From positions 1 to 36,738 of IMG/VR virus record IMGVR_UViG_3300020336_000022: a stretch of 36,738 nucleotides of DNA. One strand, 5' to 3'. The notes below the pieces were generated by a model that searched no databases, was not told the DNA's origin, and saw only the letters and a program-made list of their open reading frames with translations. This stretch comes from a virus (lineage: Duplodnaviria > Caudoviricetes). This document shows, one piece after another, positions 1-9,377 of the stretch. The position numbers and the translations under genes are program-made. How positions within the stretch are numbered: the first letter of the stretch is position 1; the number at the start of each line of letters is the position of its first letter.

Positions 1-150
1 TTTTCATTTTTAGACTCTCCATCCACAACAAGTGCAATTACATATAAATTCTGCATTACTCGATATGGTGGTTCAGGGACTGGAAAGATGAACTCAAACA
101 CTGGTAACAATGACCTTAGTTCCATGTTTGTAATGGAGATTGCACAATGA
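1..150 (+). CDS. 5'-truncated small tail-fibre/virion-associated protein, paralogue of 447..911
   Basis: Frame 1 reads FSFLDSPSTTSAITYKFC...MFVMEIAQ* (stop 148-150, ATGA overlap with the next gene); same LDSPxTTSAITYK...MEIA ending as 447..911. Not in the ORF track. Confidence 0.8.
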   Translation, partial: FSFLDSPSTTSAITYKFCITRYGGSGTGKMNSNTGNNDLSSMFVMEIAQ

Positions 151-437
151 AACATGAAGCAATCATTAAATTAAATTCAAAAGTAGTTACAATTATTGGT
201 GATATTGCATATGACAAAGATAACAATGTAGTTGAGTATGATTTATCGGCTATTACAACTGAATCAAACTTAATGGCGTTACGCCAAGAACGTAATGCTA
301 AACTTGCTGAAACAGATTGGTGGGCATCCTCTGACATTACTATGTCATCTGCACAGACAACATACCGCCAAGCCCTACGAGACATCACAGACAGTGCCAC
401 ATCACTAGACGATGTTACTTGGCCTACGAAACCATAG
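147..437 (+). CDS. Tail fibre assembly chaperone-like protein
   Basis: C-terminal RxERNxKLAETDWW...YRQALRDIT...VTWPTKP pattern typical of phage tail assembly chaperones; sits between fibre-like genes. Confidence 0.75.
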   Translation: MKHEAIIKLNSKVVTIIGDIAYDKDNNVVEYDLSAITTESNLMALRQERNAKLAETDWWASSDITMSSAQTTYRQALRDITDSATSLDDVTWPTKP

Positions 438-446
438 GAGACAGAT

Positions 447-911
447 ATGGCATTAACAAAATTAAACAATCAGTCTCTTAGCGCAGTAACAACGGCTGGG
501 ATTCCTATTCGTAGTGGTAGTGTGCTGCAAGCAATAACTGCTGAAAAAACAGGTATATATGACGCTACCACATCACTTGCGGATGTTGGTTTAAGTGCAG
601 CAATTACCCCTTCATCATCAAACAGTAAAATATTAATTTTACACTCTGCGCCTTGTATTTCTACTGCAACTCAAGATGTAATTACCGTTCTTTTACGAGG
701 TAGCACAATTATCTACAATTTTAATTTGTATGGTACTAGTTCTAGCTGGGATTCTGCGCCTAATACTTTTTCATACCTAGACAGTCCAGCAACCACAAGT
801 GCAATTACTTATAAGATTCAAGCAAAAAAAGGCACTGGCACTTATTATTATAACTACACAAATGGTGTAGCATCTCAAGCAACGCTTACTCTTATGGAAA
901 TCGCTGGATAA
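447..911 (+). CDS. Small tail-fibre/virion-associated beta-rich protein of a type common in marine phages
   Basis: RBS GGAG; MALTKL start, GSVLQ, ITPSSSNSKILI and LDSPATTSAITYK...LTLMEIAG motifs. Confidence 0.65.
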   Translation: MALTKLNNQSLSAVTTAGIPIRSGSVLQAITAEKTGIYDATTSLADVGLSAAITPSSSNSKILILHSAPCISTATQDVITVLLRGSTIIYNFNLYGTSSSWDSAPNTFSYLDSPATTSAITYKIQAKKGTGTYYYNYTNGVASQATLTLMEIAG

Positions 912-1114
912 TGAAAACGTCACAAGAAGTTTCACCAGAACTACGAGTTGCTATAGAGCTAGAAGCACACGAAAAAGAATGTGCAGTACGCTATGCGTCT
1001 GTAGAAGATAAACTATCAGGTCTCGACAAAAGATTGTGGAGACTTGAAGCAATGATAATGGGGTCAACGGTAATAGTCGTTGGCTTAGCATCCTCTCTCT
1101 TAATGAAAATGTGA
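911..1114 (+). CDS. Small coiled-coil protein with C-terminal membrane helix (lysis-region hypothetical)
   Basis: TAATG coupling; HEKECAVRY motif, coiled coil, hydrophobic C-terminus. Confidence 0.7.
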   Translation: MKTSQEVSPELRVAIELEAHEKECAVRYASVEDKLSGLDKRLWRLEAMIMGSTVIVVGLASSLLMKM

Positions 1115-1124
1115 GGTTAATAAA

Positions 1125-1604
1125 ATGATCGCAGAAACAATGGCAGGTATAGCTTTAGTTAAAGGCGCGGTTGATGGTATCAAAAGTATGATCGGTACTG
1201 CCAATGATGTAAGCGAAATAGCTGGTTATATAGATAAGTTGTTTGAGGGCGAAAAACAAGTACAACAACAAAGAAATAAAAAAGATGGAGTAGATAACTT
1301 TGGAGGTATCGGAGGCGTAGCATCTGAAGTTATTGATGCAAGACTAGCTGCAGAAAAACTCCAGGAAGTAGCTTCTTTAGTTGATATGCGGTTTGGTCAT
1401 GGTACATGGAAATCAATTGTTGATGAACGAGCTAGACGTATTAGAGAACAAAAAGAAAAAGTTGCAGCATTTAAAAGAGCACAAAGAATAAAAGCACAAG
1501 AACGAGAGGATTTAATAAAACAAATCCTAATTGCTGTTAGTTGTATAATTGCAGTAATAGGGATAATTATAGCTATGGCTGTATCAGTAGCTAAAGCAAC
1601 ATGA
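1125..1604 (+). CDS. Hypothetical protein with coiled coil and C-terminal transmembrane helix
   Basis: RBS GAGG; hydrophobic ILIAVSCIIAVIGIIIAMAV tail. Confidence 0.75.
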   Translation: MIAETMAGIALVKGAVDGIKSMIGTANDVSEIAGYIDKLFEGEKQVQQQRNKKDGVDNFGGIGGVASEVIDARLAAEKLQEVASLVDMRFGHGTWKSIVDERARRIREQKEKVAAFKRAQRIKAQEREDLIKQILIAVSCIIAVIGIIIAMAVSVAKAT

Positions 1605-1614
1605 GGAGATTAAA

Positions 1615-1824
1615 ATGTTTGAAGTATTAGTATTAGTTTGTTTAGCATCAAACCCTAACACATGTTTTGAGTTAGAAGATACAAGGGGTCCGTATGAAAC
1701 AAGAAAACAATGTGTAGCCCGTTCAATAGAAATGCGTGAATTTATAGATGAAATGCCAGATCATATACCTCAAGCATATAAGTGTGTACACCATGAAATA
1801 AAAACCCCAGGAGTAGCAACATGA
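1615..1824 (+). CDS. Small hypothetical protein, N-terminal hydrophobic stretch, 4 Cys
   Basis: Strong RBS GAGGAG; ATGA overlap with the holin. Confidence 0.7.
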   Translation: MFEVLVLVCLASNPNTCFELEDTRGPYETRKQCVARSIEMREFIDEMPDHIPQAYKCVHHEIKTPGVAT

Positions 1825-2216
1825 TATCTGCATTGATAGGCCCTGTAACAGGACTGCTAGATAAGTTTATCCCTGACGCTGATGAAAAGGCAAGGATTGC
1901 CCATGAGCTTGCTACGATGGGAGAAAAACATGCCCAGGAATTAGCACTTGCTCAAATAGAAGTAAACAAAGCAGAGGCAGCTTCAGGCTCTATATTTAAG
2001 GGCGGCTGGAGACCAGCAGTTGGGTGGGTCTGTGCGTCTGCTTTTGCCTACCACTTTGTTTTACAGCCCGTCCTGCTCTTTGTAGTGGCCTTAACGGGCA
2101 CTGAGCTACCTACCCTACCTGAGTTTGATATGAGCACGTTGTTGCCCGTCCTAGGAGGTATGTTGGGGATTGGAGGTTTAAGGACATATGAAAAGCAAAA
2201 GAGGCTAACAAAATGA
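1821..2216 (+). CDS. Holin, GTA 3TM-holin type
   Basis: GWRPAVGWVC motif, hydrophobic segments, LGxGGLRTYEK C-terminus; directly upstream of the lysozyme. Confidence 0.85.
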   Translation: MISALIGPVTGLLDKFIPDADEKARIAHELATMGEKHAQELALAQIEVNKAEAASGSIFKGGWRPAVGWVCASAFAYHFVLQPVLLFVVALTGTELPTLPEFDMSTLLPVLGGMLGIGGLRTYEKQKRLTK

Positions 2217-2653
2217 ATGTAGATAAATTAAGAGAAGAACTTAAAACTGACGAGGGTTGCAGGTATGAAATTTACTTGGATCATCTTGGTCTCCCTACAC
2301 ACGGCATTGGTCATCTTATTTTATCTAGCGATATGGAATACGGACAAGCAGTTGGCACACCAGTCTCAGAAGATAGAGTCAATGAGTGTTTCGCTAAAGA
2401 TGTCGAAACAGTGTTATCGGAGTGCAAGAGGTTATATTCCAACTTCGAACTTTTGCCTGAGGAAGTCCAATTAATTATTGCTAATATGATGTTTAATATG
2501 GGTAGACCTCGGCTTAGTAAGTTTGTAGGTATGAGAGCCGCTGTAGACTCTGGTGATTGGCATAGGGCTGCAGTAGAAATGGTTGACAGTAAATGGTATC
2601 AACAAGTTACAAATAGGGCTGATCGACTTGTACAAAGAATGAGAGCAGTGTAA
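2213..2653 (+). CDS. Endolysin, T4-type lysozyme (GH24)
   Basis: DEG-x-YLDHLGLPTHGIGHL catalytic E/D/T motif; MFNMG; AAVEMVDSKWYQQVTNRADRL. Confidence 0.92.
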   Translation: MNVDKLREELKTDEGCRYEIYLDHLGLPTHGIGHLILSSDMEYGQAVGTPVSEDRVNECFAKDVETVLSECKRLYSNFELLPEEVQLIIANMMFNMGRPRLSKFVGMRAAVDSGDWHRAAVEMVDSKWYQQVTNRADRLVQRMRAV

Positions 2654-2656
2654 TAG

Positions 2657-2672
2657 TATATACCCCTTATAG
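2657..2672 (+). promoter_or_regulatory. Putative phage-RNAP promoter TATATACCCCTTATAG, copy 1, upstream of nrdJ
   Basis: Intergenic; exact copies at 32862-32877(+) and 32928-32943(-); ends in TATAG like T7-family promoters. Confidence 0.7.
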
Positions 2673-2705
2673 GAAAAATCTATTCAAATAAGAGGTAATA
2701 ATACC

Positions 2706-4451
2706 ATGAGAAATGTAGAGTACGCTGGACCAATAACATCTATTTCTGAAGAGATTGATGCAATGAAGTATCGTCAAGAGGGTGAGTCTTTTGATGATAA
2801 AGTAAAACGCATGGCAGGAGCACTTAATGATACTCCTGAGCATCAATTAGAACTAGAGGACATCTTTGGAAACATGAGGTTTCTACCAGCAGGTAGGGTT
2901 CAAAATGCTATGGGAAGTAGGCGTATTACTACAGCTTTTAATTGTTTTGTTAGTGGTGTTATTGAAGATAACATGAAGTCTATAATGAAACGTGCTGCAG
3001 AAGCTGCAGAAACTATGCGTAAAGGTGGTGGTATTGGATATGATTTTAGTAGACTACGACCACGGGGCGATCATATTAACTCTCTCGACTCTCAGTCTTC
3101 TGGTCCTGTTTCTTTTATGGGGATCTTTGATGCGGTGTGCCAAACAATTGCTTCTAGTGGTCACAGGCGAGGAGCACAAATGGGTGTCCTTAGGGTTGAC
3201 CATCCTGACATACTCGACTTTATTCGCGCTAAACGTAACAGTGATAAACTCACCGGATTTAATATCTCCGTTGGGGTTACAGATGCCTTTATGGAAGCTT
3301 TGGATAACAATACCGAGTACGATCTTTTGTTTGACGGTGTTGTGCGTGGCACTCTATCAGCCCAAATGGTATGGGATGAGATAATGAACTCAACCTGGGA
3401 TTGGGCAGAGCCAGGGGTTCTGTTTATTGACCGTATACAAGAGATGAATAACTTATGGTACTGTGAGACTATTGAAGCCACTAACCCATGTGGTGAGCAG
3501 CCGTTGCCCCCTCAAGGTGCATGTCTATTAGGTTCCTTTAACCTAGTAAAGTATCTTGATAAGAGTGCTGGTAACTATACATTTAATTTTACACAGTTTA
3601 AGAAAGACATTCCACATGTAGTACGTGCTATGGATAATATTATTGATCGTACTATATACCCACTTAAAGAACAGTCTGATGAGGCTAAAGACAAAAGACG
3701 TATGGGACTAGGTGTTACTGCCTTAGCTAACGCTGGTGAGCTTCTAGGATACCCTTACGCCTCTCCTGATTTTCTTAACTGGACTGAAAAGGTCTTTGCT
3801 TGTTTAAGAGATAATTGTTATAAGGCATCTGCTTTGTTAGCAAAAGAAAAAGGTGCATTTCCTATGTATCGTCCAGAGTATTTAAAGTCTAACTTTGTAC
3901 GTACTTTACCTGCATCTGTTAAGAAGGAGATTAGAGAATATGGCATACGCAACAGCCACCTCACTAGTATTGCTCCTACTGGTACTATCAGCCTTGTGGC
4001 AGATAATGTCACTGGTGGGATAGAGCCTGTATTTAGTCATTACTATGATCGTACTATTCAAACATTTGAAGGGCCTCGTGTAGAACGTGTAGAAGACTAC
4101 GCTTATTCTAGAGGGGTAGCAGGGAGGACATCATCTGATATTTCAGTTCAAGATCACTTAGCGGTATTGCTGTTGTCTCAACATTATATTGACTCAGCAT
4201 GTTCTAAAACTTGTAATGTGGGAGATGATGTGTCATATGAAGATTTTAAACAAGTGTATGTTGATGCCTGGAAGGGCGGGGCGAAGGGATGCACTACGTT
4301 CAGGATCAGTGGAAAACGATTTGGTATCTTTAACGAAACCGTGGAAGCGGAAGAGAAGGTATCTAGCACGAATGAGGAAATGGTTGAAGAAAAGGGAAAG
4401 GTTGAGGCTTGCTTTATCGACCCGCTTACAGGCCAGAAAGAGTGCGCTTAG
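2706..4451 (+). CDS. nrdJ: Ribonucleotide reductase class II (adenosylcobalamin-dependent)
   Basis: TAFNCFV, GGGIG, RRGAQM, TNPCGEQPL, ACLLGSFNL, IAPTGTIS; KGCTTFR lacks the class I Tyr-Tyr pair; C-terminal Cys pair; no nrdB in the window. Confidence 0.92.
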   Translation: MRNVEYAGPITSISEEIDAMKYRQEGESFDDKVKRMAGALNDTPEHQLELEDIFGNMRFLPAGRVQNAMGSRRITTAFNCFVSGVIEDNMKSIMKRAAEAAETMRKGGGIGYDFSRLRPRGDHINSLDSQSSGPVSFMGIFDAVCQTIASSGHRRGAQMGVLRVDHPDILDFIRAKRNSDKLTGFNISVGVTDAFMEALDNNTEYDLLFDGVVRGTLSAQMVWDEIMNSTWDWAEPGVLFIDRIQEMNNLWYCETIEATNPCGEQPLPPQGACLLGSFNLVKYLDKSAGNYTFNFTQFKKDIPHVVRAMDNIIDRTIYPLKEQSDEAKDKRRMGLGVTALANAGELLGYPYASPDFLNWTEKVFACLRDNCYKASALLAKEKGAFPMYRPEYLKSNFVRTLPASVKKEIREYGIRNSHLTSIAPTGTISLVADNVTGGIEPVFSHYYDRTIQTFEGPRVERVEDYAYSRGVAGRTSSDISVQDHLAVLLLSQHYIDSACSKTCNVGDDVSYEDFKQVYVDAWKGGAKGCTTFRISGKRFGIFNETVEAEEKVSSTNEEMVEEKGKVEACFIDPLTGQKECA

Positions 4452-4474
4452 TAATTAATTAACGGAGGAGTAAC

Positions 4475-7400
4475 ATGGCAGAAGAAACAGTTTCTGTTAC
4501 CGATATCGCATCGCAAGGGGTTATCATTGATACTCCTCCTGTTGCCTTAGCACCAAACGTATTTACAGATGTACGTAATGTTAGATTTAAAGATGGTGCA
4601 GTTCGTAAAATATCAGGAGAACTATTGCTTAATAATATTGTAGAAGATCTTGTACCAGCTAATGAGTTGTTTGGTCAGGTTAGATATTTTGCAGTTTGGG
4701 AAAACCCTAATAAAGCACCTCATGGTTGTTATTATATTTGGGTAGTAGATTATGTTCGTGCTGGTATTACTGTAGGACAAAAGGTTTATATACAAGATCA
4801 CACAGGTACAAAGAAAGATATTACACCTGCTAGTATGACTGATGGATTTGCTTTTACAACACACGGTTGGCAGCATACTTTATTTAGTGGTGGATTTTCT
4901 TTTATTATTAACAATGGAATTGATAAACCTCATTATATATTAGATGCTCCAGGAAATACTAATATAAATAATATTACTTTAGCAGAGCTTCCTGGATGGG
5001 ATAGTTATAATGTACAACAAATAGTACATAGTGATACTTATTTAGCTGGTAATAGTACTGTATTCGATCTTGGTCAAAAAGTAGACTTTACTGCAAACGA
5101 AATTTTAGTGACAGGAACAGTTGCTAAAACAGCACAAGCAGGTAGCCCTGCAGGGTCTGGAACAGTTAACGGAACTAACTTTGTTCCTGGAGCATTACCA
5201 GGGACTATACCTACAGTAAGTGGTAATAATTTTCAAATATATACTGATACAAGTACTAACACAACAGTAATTATAATTGGAAATTTAACAGCTAATGATA
5301 CACTTACAGCTACAATTAAATCTAGAAACCCTGTAAATGTACGAGCAGGTATTGTTCAATCGTTTGGCGATTTGCTTGTTGCAGGTGATTTAACTGAAGT
5401 TGATTCTGTTACACCAACGACTATTATCCGTAGACTTTCTGGTGTTGTAAGATCATCAGATGTAGCAGTTCCTGGATCAGTGCCTAATAACTGGAATCCT
5501 TTTGCTGCTGGTGTCAGTACTGCTGATGAATTTACTTTGTCAGAAACTAATGTTATTCAAGAAATGAAATCACTACAAGGTAACATGTATATTTACAGTT
5601 CAGACAGTATACACGTTATGCGTCTTACTGGTAATGCTACAGCACCTGTATCTTTTGCACCTAATACAGATGAGTATGGGTGTCTTACTACAGGAGCCGT
5701 AGTTGAATATGATGGTAAACATTTTGTAGTAGGCGCTAACGATATCTACACATTTGCTGGAAACCCAGGAAATATACAATCGCTATCAGGTAAAAGAGTA
5801 ACCCAATACTTTTATAATAACTTAAACCCTATACATGAACGTCAATTGTTTACCCTTCAGAATCATCAAGAAGAAGAAATATGGGTGTGTTATCCTACAC
5901 TAAACTCAACTGGAGGGGAATGTGATGAAGCTCTTATCTGGAATTATAGAGACAATACGTGGACTATCAGAGACCTTGATGCAGTTGCAGCTGGAGATGT
6001 GGGTCCAATTAAGGGTGGTGGTATACCGACTGCAACAATTGCCGCAACAGGCAATAGCGGTAATGCAGGATATACTAATCGCGGTAAAAAAGAAGTTCAA
6101 GCTGTAACTATTAACGGTGCTACTCCTCGTGTCACTACAGGAACTAAAGCTGCTAAAACAGTTGCAGTAAGTACTTTTAGTAACTTTACTACTGATGTGT
6201 TAGAAGTAGTAGATCTTTCAGTTACAGGTGATACTGGACCAAACACAGTTAATGCTGCAAGCACACTTACATATCCTTCAAGTGCTACATTTACTTATGA
6301 CAGAAATAAAACTACACATCTTGATGGTGGGGCTAGTGCTGTTATAAACGGTGATAGTACTATTGGTAATGTTAGTTTTCCTGCTAGTGCTATTCTAGGT
6401 ACTAGTTATGCTGATGGTGCTACAATTACTATGACACAGTTTGTTGCAGCTATTCGTGATTATATTAACGCAAACAATGCACTTGCTGATTTTACAGCTT
6501 CTGCATCTTCTAATGTTCTTACATTAACTTCAGATGTTCCTGGACCTCGTGCATTTAGTACTTCTACTTTTGCAGTTTCAGGAAGTGGATCGACAACTAA
6601 TATCGCACCTAACTCAACAGTTACAGGTATTGGTGTTTATGGGATAACTGCAGCACTTAGTCCTGCTATTTCAATGACAATAACGGCTCCTGCCGTAGGC
6701 GGGGTACAAGGTGCAATCAACGAAACAATTACTCTTGCAAAAGGTCTTACGGCTCAAACAGCGATTAGAGATGATATCATTACTAAGCTATCTGCTCTTG
6801 CTGTTTTTAATGGCTCTGGTAGTGCTATTTACGGTATTGCAGCTAATGGAAACAACGTAAGGTTTACTTCTGTTAATGGTGGTAACCATAGTGCTTTAAG
6901 TATTGCATTTGCAACCAGCTATAGTGGTACAGCCTATACTGAAACTACTTTTGGTGGTAATCTTACTGACTCAGTTACAGTAGTAACTACAGGTGTTAAT
7001 AATAATATACCGCAACCAGTTCTTACAGTAACCTTTCCAGACTCTACAACAAGCTCTACAGTACTTAGTGGTACTCAGACAAGGGCAACAGTTGTAACAG
7101 CTGTCAGTGGGCTTATAAACGCCAACAGTGGGTGGTCTACAACTACAGGTACGGGTCTTGTAACAGCTACTTCTGCTACAGTGGGTGTAATAACTAATAA
7201 TTTTAGTGTTGCAGTCACAAGCACAGGCACATTACCTTCTGGTTTTAGTAGCAGTAATTTTACAGGTGCTCAAACAATAGCAGGTGTAGCAGCGCACACA
7301 ACAACAGATCGTGTAACGCTTACACCACCTTTAGGTAACCCAATTACAATTAATTTTGATGACACAAGTGCTTATCCTGCTTACAACCCAGGAACTCAAA

Positions 7401-8728
7401 ACACAGCTGAAGTTACTGCTATACAAATAGCTACAGCCTTACAAGCAGCATGGACAGACACAACTCATTTTACTGTAACTCGTTCTAATGCTGTGTTAAC
7501 TTTTACAGCTGTAGATCGAAAAGCTATTACAGGTGCATTTGCTTATACAGTAGTCAATGGAACTACAAGAACAGGAACACTGGTATCTCCTCTTATTGCT
7601 AATTCGGTATCAGGAAACATTGCAGTTACTGATGGTGTAGACCCTATCTATGCAAAAATGACAAGGGTTACGATTACAATTAACACAACAAGTGGCAGTA
7701 GTGTAATCTTTGATAGGCATTACGGTGAAGGGCCAGGAAGACTACTTGATCCTAACTTTACTGCAGCAGCTAATGATGACACTTATGGTGACTCAGGGGC
7801 AGCTAGTGCTTCAGCATATCTTGCTTTGTATTATAATGCTGATGCTACACAAAACTCTACAGAGTTAGCTAAACCGAATGGTACTGTAGCTACCTTGCAA
7901 AGCGCATTACTAGCAGCTTTGGCACAGATTAGCACTAACAACGCATTGATTGTAACACCTGATAGTACATCAGCACCTACAAGTATTGTAATTAGTCCTA
8001 GTCAGTTTAGTTCTACAGCTAACTATGTGACTGCGTTTAGTCCTGCTACACAAGTAGTAGCAGCTAGTGTTGCTCCAACAACAACAGCACTAACTAATGC
8101 AGCTGAAGGAACTTTAGTAGCAGCTGGAAGCCCGACTCAAAGCACTACAGGAACATCTATTAGTACTACGTTTGATATTGTAAGACCGTGGTCAAGTGGT
8201 CAAACTAACCCTAATAAAATATTTCCTATCTTTGCAGAAAGTGGATACACATCTGGTACATTGTTTAATCGTATTAGGTCAGCTGATCTAGGGTTTGACT
8301 TTGGTGGTACACCATACATATCTTATGCAGAGCGAGAACAACTTTCTATCTCGCCTAACTTTGATACAGAAACATTAAGCAGTATTGCTTTATGGGCTGA
8401 TGGTGGAACTATAACTACTGTAGGTGGTGAGCCTCAAAGGGCAATCTTACAGATACGTGCAAGGTCTACTAATAATCCTGGAGAGTTAGCTTACTTAACA
8501 ACACCTGAAGATAATACACAAACAGGATCTAAAGCAAACAAGTTAACTGTAAATGATTTTACTGTTGCAAGTTCTTATAAAACTGATGTTCGTATTACAG
8601 GTCGTTTCTTAAACTACAGAGTTGATGACGCAGCTGCAGATACTAGTAGCAGTTATACAGGTAGTAATACAAAAGCATGGAACATATCTGGTATGCAGTT
8701 AGGTGTTCTGAAAGGAGGCATTAAGTAA
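4475..8728 (+). CDS. Tail nozzle / head-stabilisation protein (tubular B / P22 gp10-like) with large Thr/Ser/Ala/Gly-rich insertions
   Basis: N-terminal GVIIDTPP...VRNVRFKDG, beta-propeller-like blocks, EIWVCYP...ALIWNYRDNTW and C-terminal DVRITGRFLNYR; position just before GNAT and ejection genes. Confidence 0.7.
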   Translation: MAEETVSVTDIASQGVIIDTPPVALAPNVFTDVRNVRFKDGAVRKISGELLLNNIVEDLVPANELFGQVRYFAVWENPNKAPHGCYYIWVVDYVRAGITVGQKVYIQDHTGTKKDITPASMTDGFAFTTHGWQHTLFSGGFSFIINNGIDKPHYILDAPGNTNINNITLAELPGWDSYNVQQIVHSDTYLAGNSTVFDLGQKVDFTANEILVTGTVAKTAQAGSPAGSGTVNGTNFVPGALPGTIPTVSGNNFQIYTDTSTNTTVIIIGNLTANDTLTATIKSRNPVNVRAGIVQSFGDLLVAGDLTEVDSVTPTTIIRRLSGVVRSSDVAVPGSVPNNWNPFAAGVSTADEFTLSETNVIQEMKSLQGNMYIYSSDSIHVMRLTGNATAPVSFAPNTDEYGCLTTGAVVEYDGKHFVVGANDIYTFAGNPGNIQSLSGKRVTQYFYNNLNPIHERQLFTLQNHQEEEIWVCYPTLNSTGGECDEALIWNYRDNTWTIRDLDAVAAGDVGPIKGGGIPTATIAATGNSGNAGYTNRGKKEVQAVTINGATPRVTTGTKAAKTVAVSTFSNFTTDVLEVVDLSVTGDTGPNTVNAASTLTYPSSATFTYDRNKTTHLDGGASAVINGDSTIGNVSFPASAILGTSYADGATITMTQFVAAIRDYINANNALADFTASASSNVLTLTSDVPGPRAFSTSTFAVSGSGSTTNIAPNSTVTGIGVYGITAALSPAISMTITAPAVGGVQGAINETITLAKGLTAQTAIRDDIITKLSALAVFNGSGSAIYGIAANGNNVRFTSVNGGNHSALSIAFATSYSGTAYTETTFGGNLTDSVTVVTTGVNNNIPQPVLTVTFPDSTTSSTVLSGTQTRATVVTAVSGLINANSGWSTTTGTGLVTATSATVGVITNNFSVAVTSTGTLPSGFSSSNFTGAQTIAGVAAHTTTDRVTLTPPLGNPITINFDDTSAYPAYNPGTQNTAEVTAIQIATALQAAWTDTTHFTVTRSNAVLTFTAVDRKAITGAFAYTVVNGTTRTGTLVSPLIANSVSGNIAVTDGVDPIYAKMTRVTITINTTSGSSVIFDRHYGEGPGRLLDPNFTAAANDDTYGDSGAASASAYLALYYNADATQNSTELAKPNGTVATLQSALLAALAQISTNNALIVTPDSTSAPTSIVISPSQFSSTANYVTAFSPATQVVAASVAPTTTALTNAAEGTLVAAGSPTQSTTGTSISTTFDIVRPWSSGQTNPNKIFPIFAESGYTSGTLFNRIRSADLGFDFGGTPYISYAEREQLSISPNFDTETLSSIALWADGGTITTVGGEPQRAILQIRARSTNNPGELAYLTTPEDNTQTGSKANKLTVNDFTVASSYKTDVRITGRFLNYRVDDAAADTSSSYTGSNTKAWNISGMQLGVLKGGIK

Positions 8729-8895
8729 TGTCAATTCAAAACCCGCCTATTACAGAAGAACCTGCTTTAGATTTTACATTGCTTGAAATGGTTAGATTAC
8801 TTAATGACCTTGAACAACAAAATATAAAGTTGCTTAAAGATATTAGAGAGTCTACTGACTTTGCTGATTTGCAATCAAAGGTAAACCAACAATGA
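8728..8895 (+). CDS. Small hypothetical protein (55 aa)
   Basis: Not in the ORF track; MSIQNPPITEEPALDF...KVNQQ*; RBS AGGAGG; overlaps the stop and start of both neighbours. Confidence 0.75.
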   Translation: MSIQNPPITEEPALDFTLLEMVRLLNDLEQQNIKLLKDIRESTDFADLQSKVNQQ

Positions 8896-9377
8896 TAAAA
8901 CTTATAGAGGACAATGACGTATTTGAAGCTATTAAGCTTATGAATAAGTCAACTGAAGAAAACACATATGGTGGATACGAAAGAAACGAAGCCATATGGA
9001 TTTCTTTTTTCTTAAATATTGTAGCTAAACAAAAAGAAAATAATCCACATTATATAGCTATTGGTGATTATAAAGACAATAAACTTATTGGGTTTCTTTT
9101 AGCTTCTACATTTAAAAGTTATTATAATAACATGTATACTATGGATGTTAAGGATTGTATTGTAGATAAAGATACAGCAACTCCTTTTACTGTAACTAAA
9201 TTATTCGATTCAATGATCAATCATGTAAAGATTCATGGTGGTTCACGATGGAGAGCAGACTCTATTCGGATGATAGAACATTCAGAAAACTATGTTAATT
9301 TACTAAAGTTAAAATACGGTGCAGAGGCTTACTACTCAGCACATGGTATTATAAATCAGGAGAGTGCAAATGGGTAG
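8892..9377 (+). CDS. GNAT-fold acetyltransferase-like protein
   Basis: DNKLIGFLLA strand and helix pattern; position between nozzle and ejection genes, as for T7 gp13-type genes. Confidence 0.55.
   Translation: MIKLIEDNDVFEAIKLMNKSTEENTYGGYERNEAIWISFFLNIVAKQKENNPHYIAIGDYKDNKLIGFLLASTFKSYYNNMYTMDVKDCIVDKDTATPFTVTKLFDSMINHVKIHGGSRWRADSIRMIEHSENYVNLLKLKYGAEAYYSAHGIINQESANG

Noticed and set aside
1-911. Diversity-generating retroelement TR/VR pair
   Set aside because: Differences are not adenine-specific, both copies are coding, and there is no reverse transcriptase in the window.
2265-2474. Nested ORF in the lysozyme as an Rz1-like gene
   Set aside because: No lipobox Cys after the hydrophobic stretch and no convincing RBS.
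2706-4451. Class I RNR alpha subunit
   Set aside because: Lacks the Tyr-Tyr radical-transfer pair and has no adjacent beta subunit.
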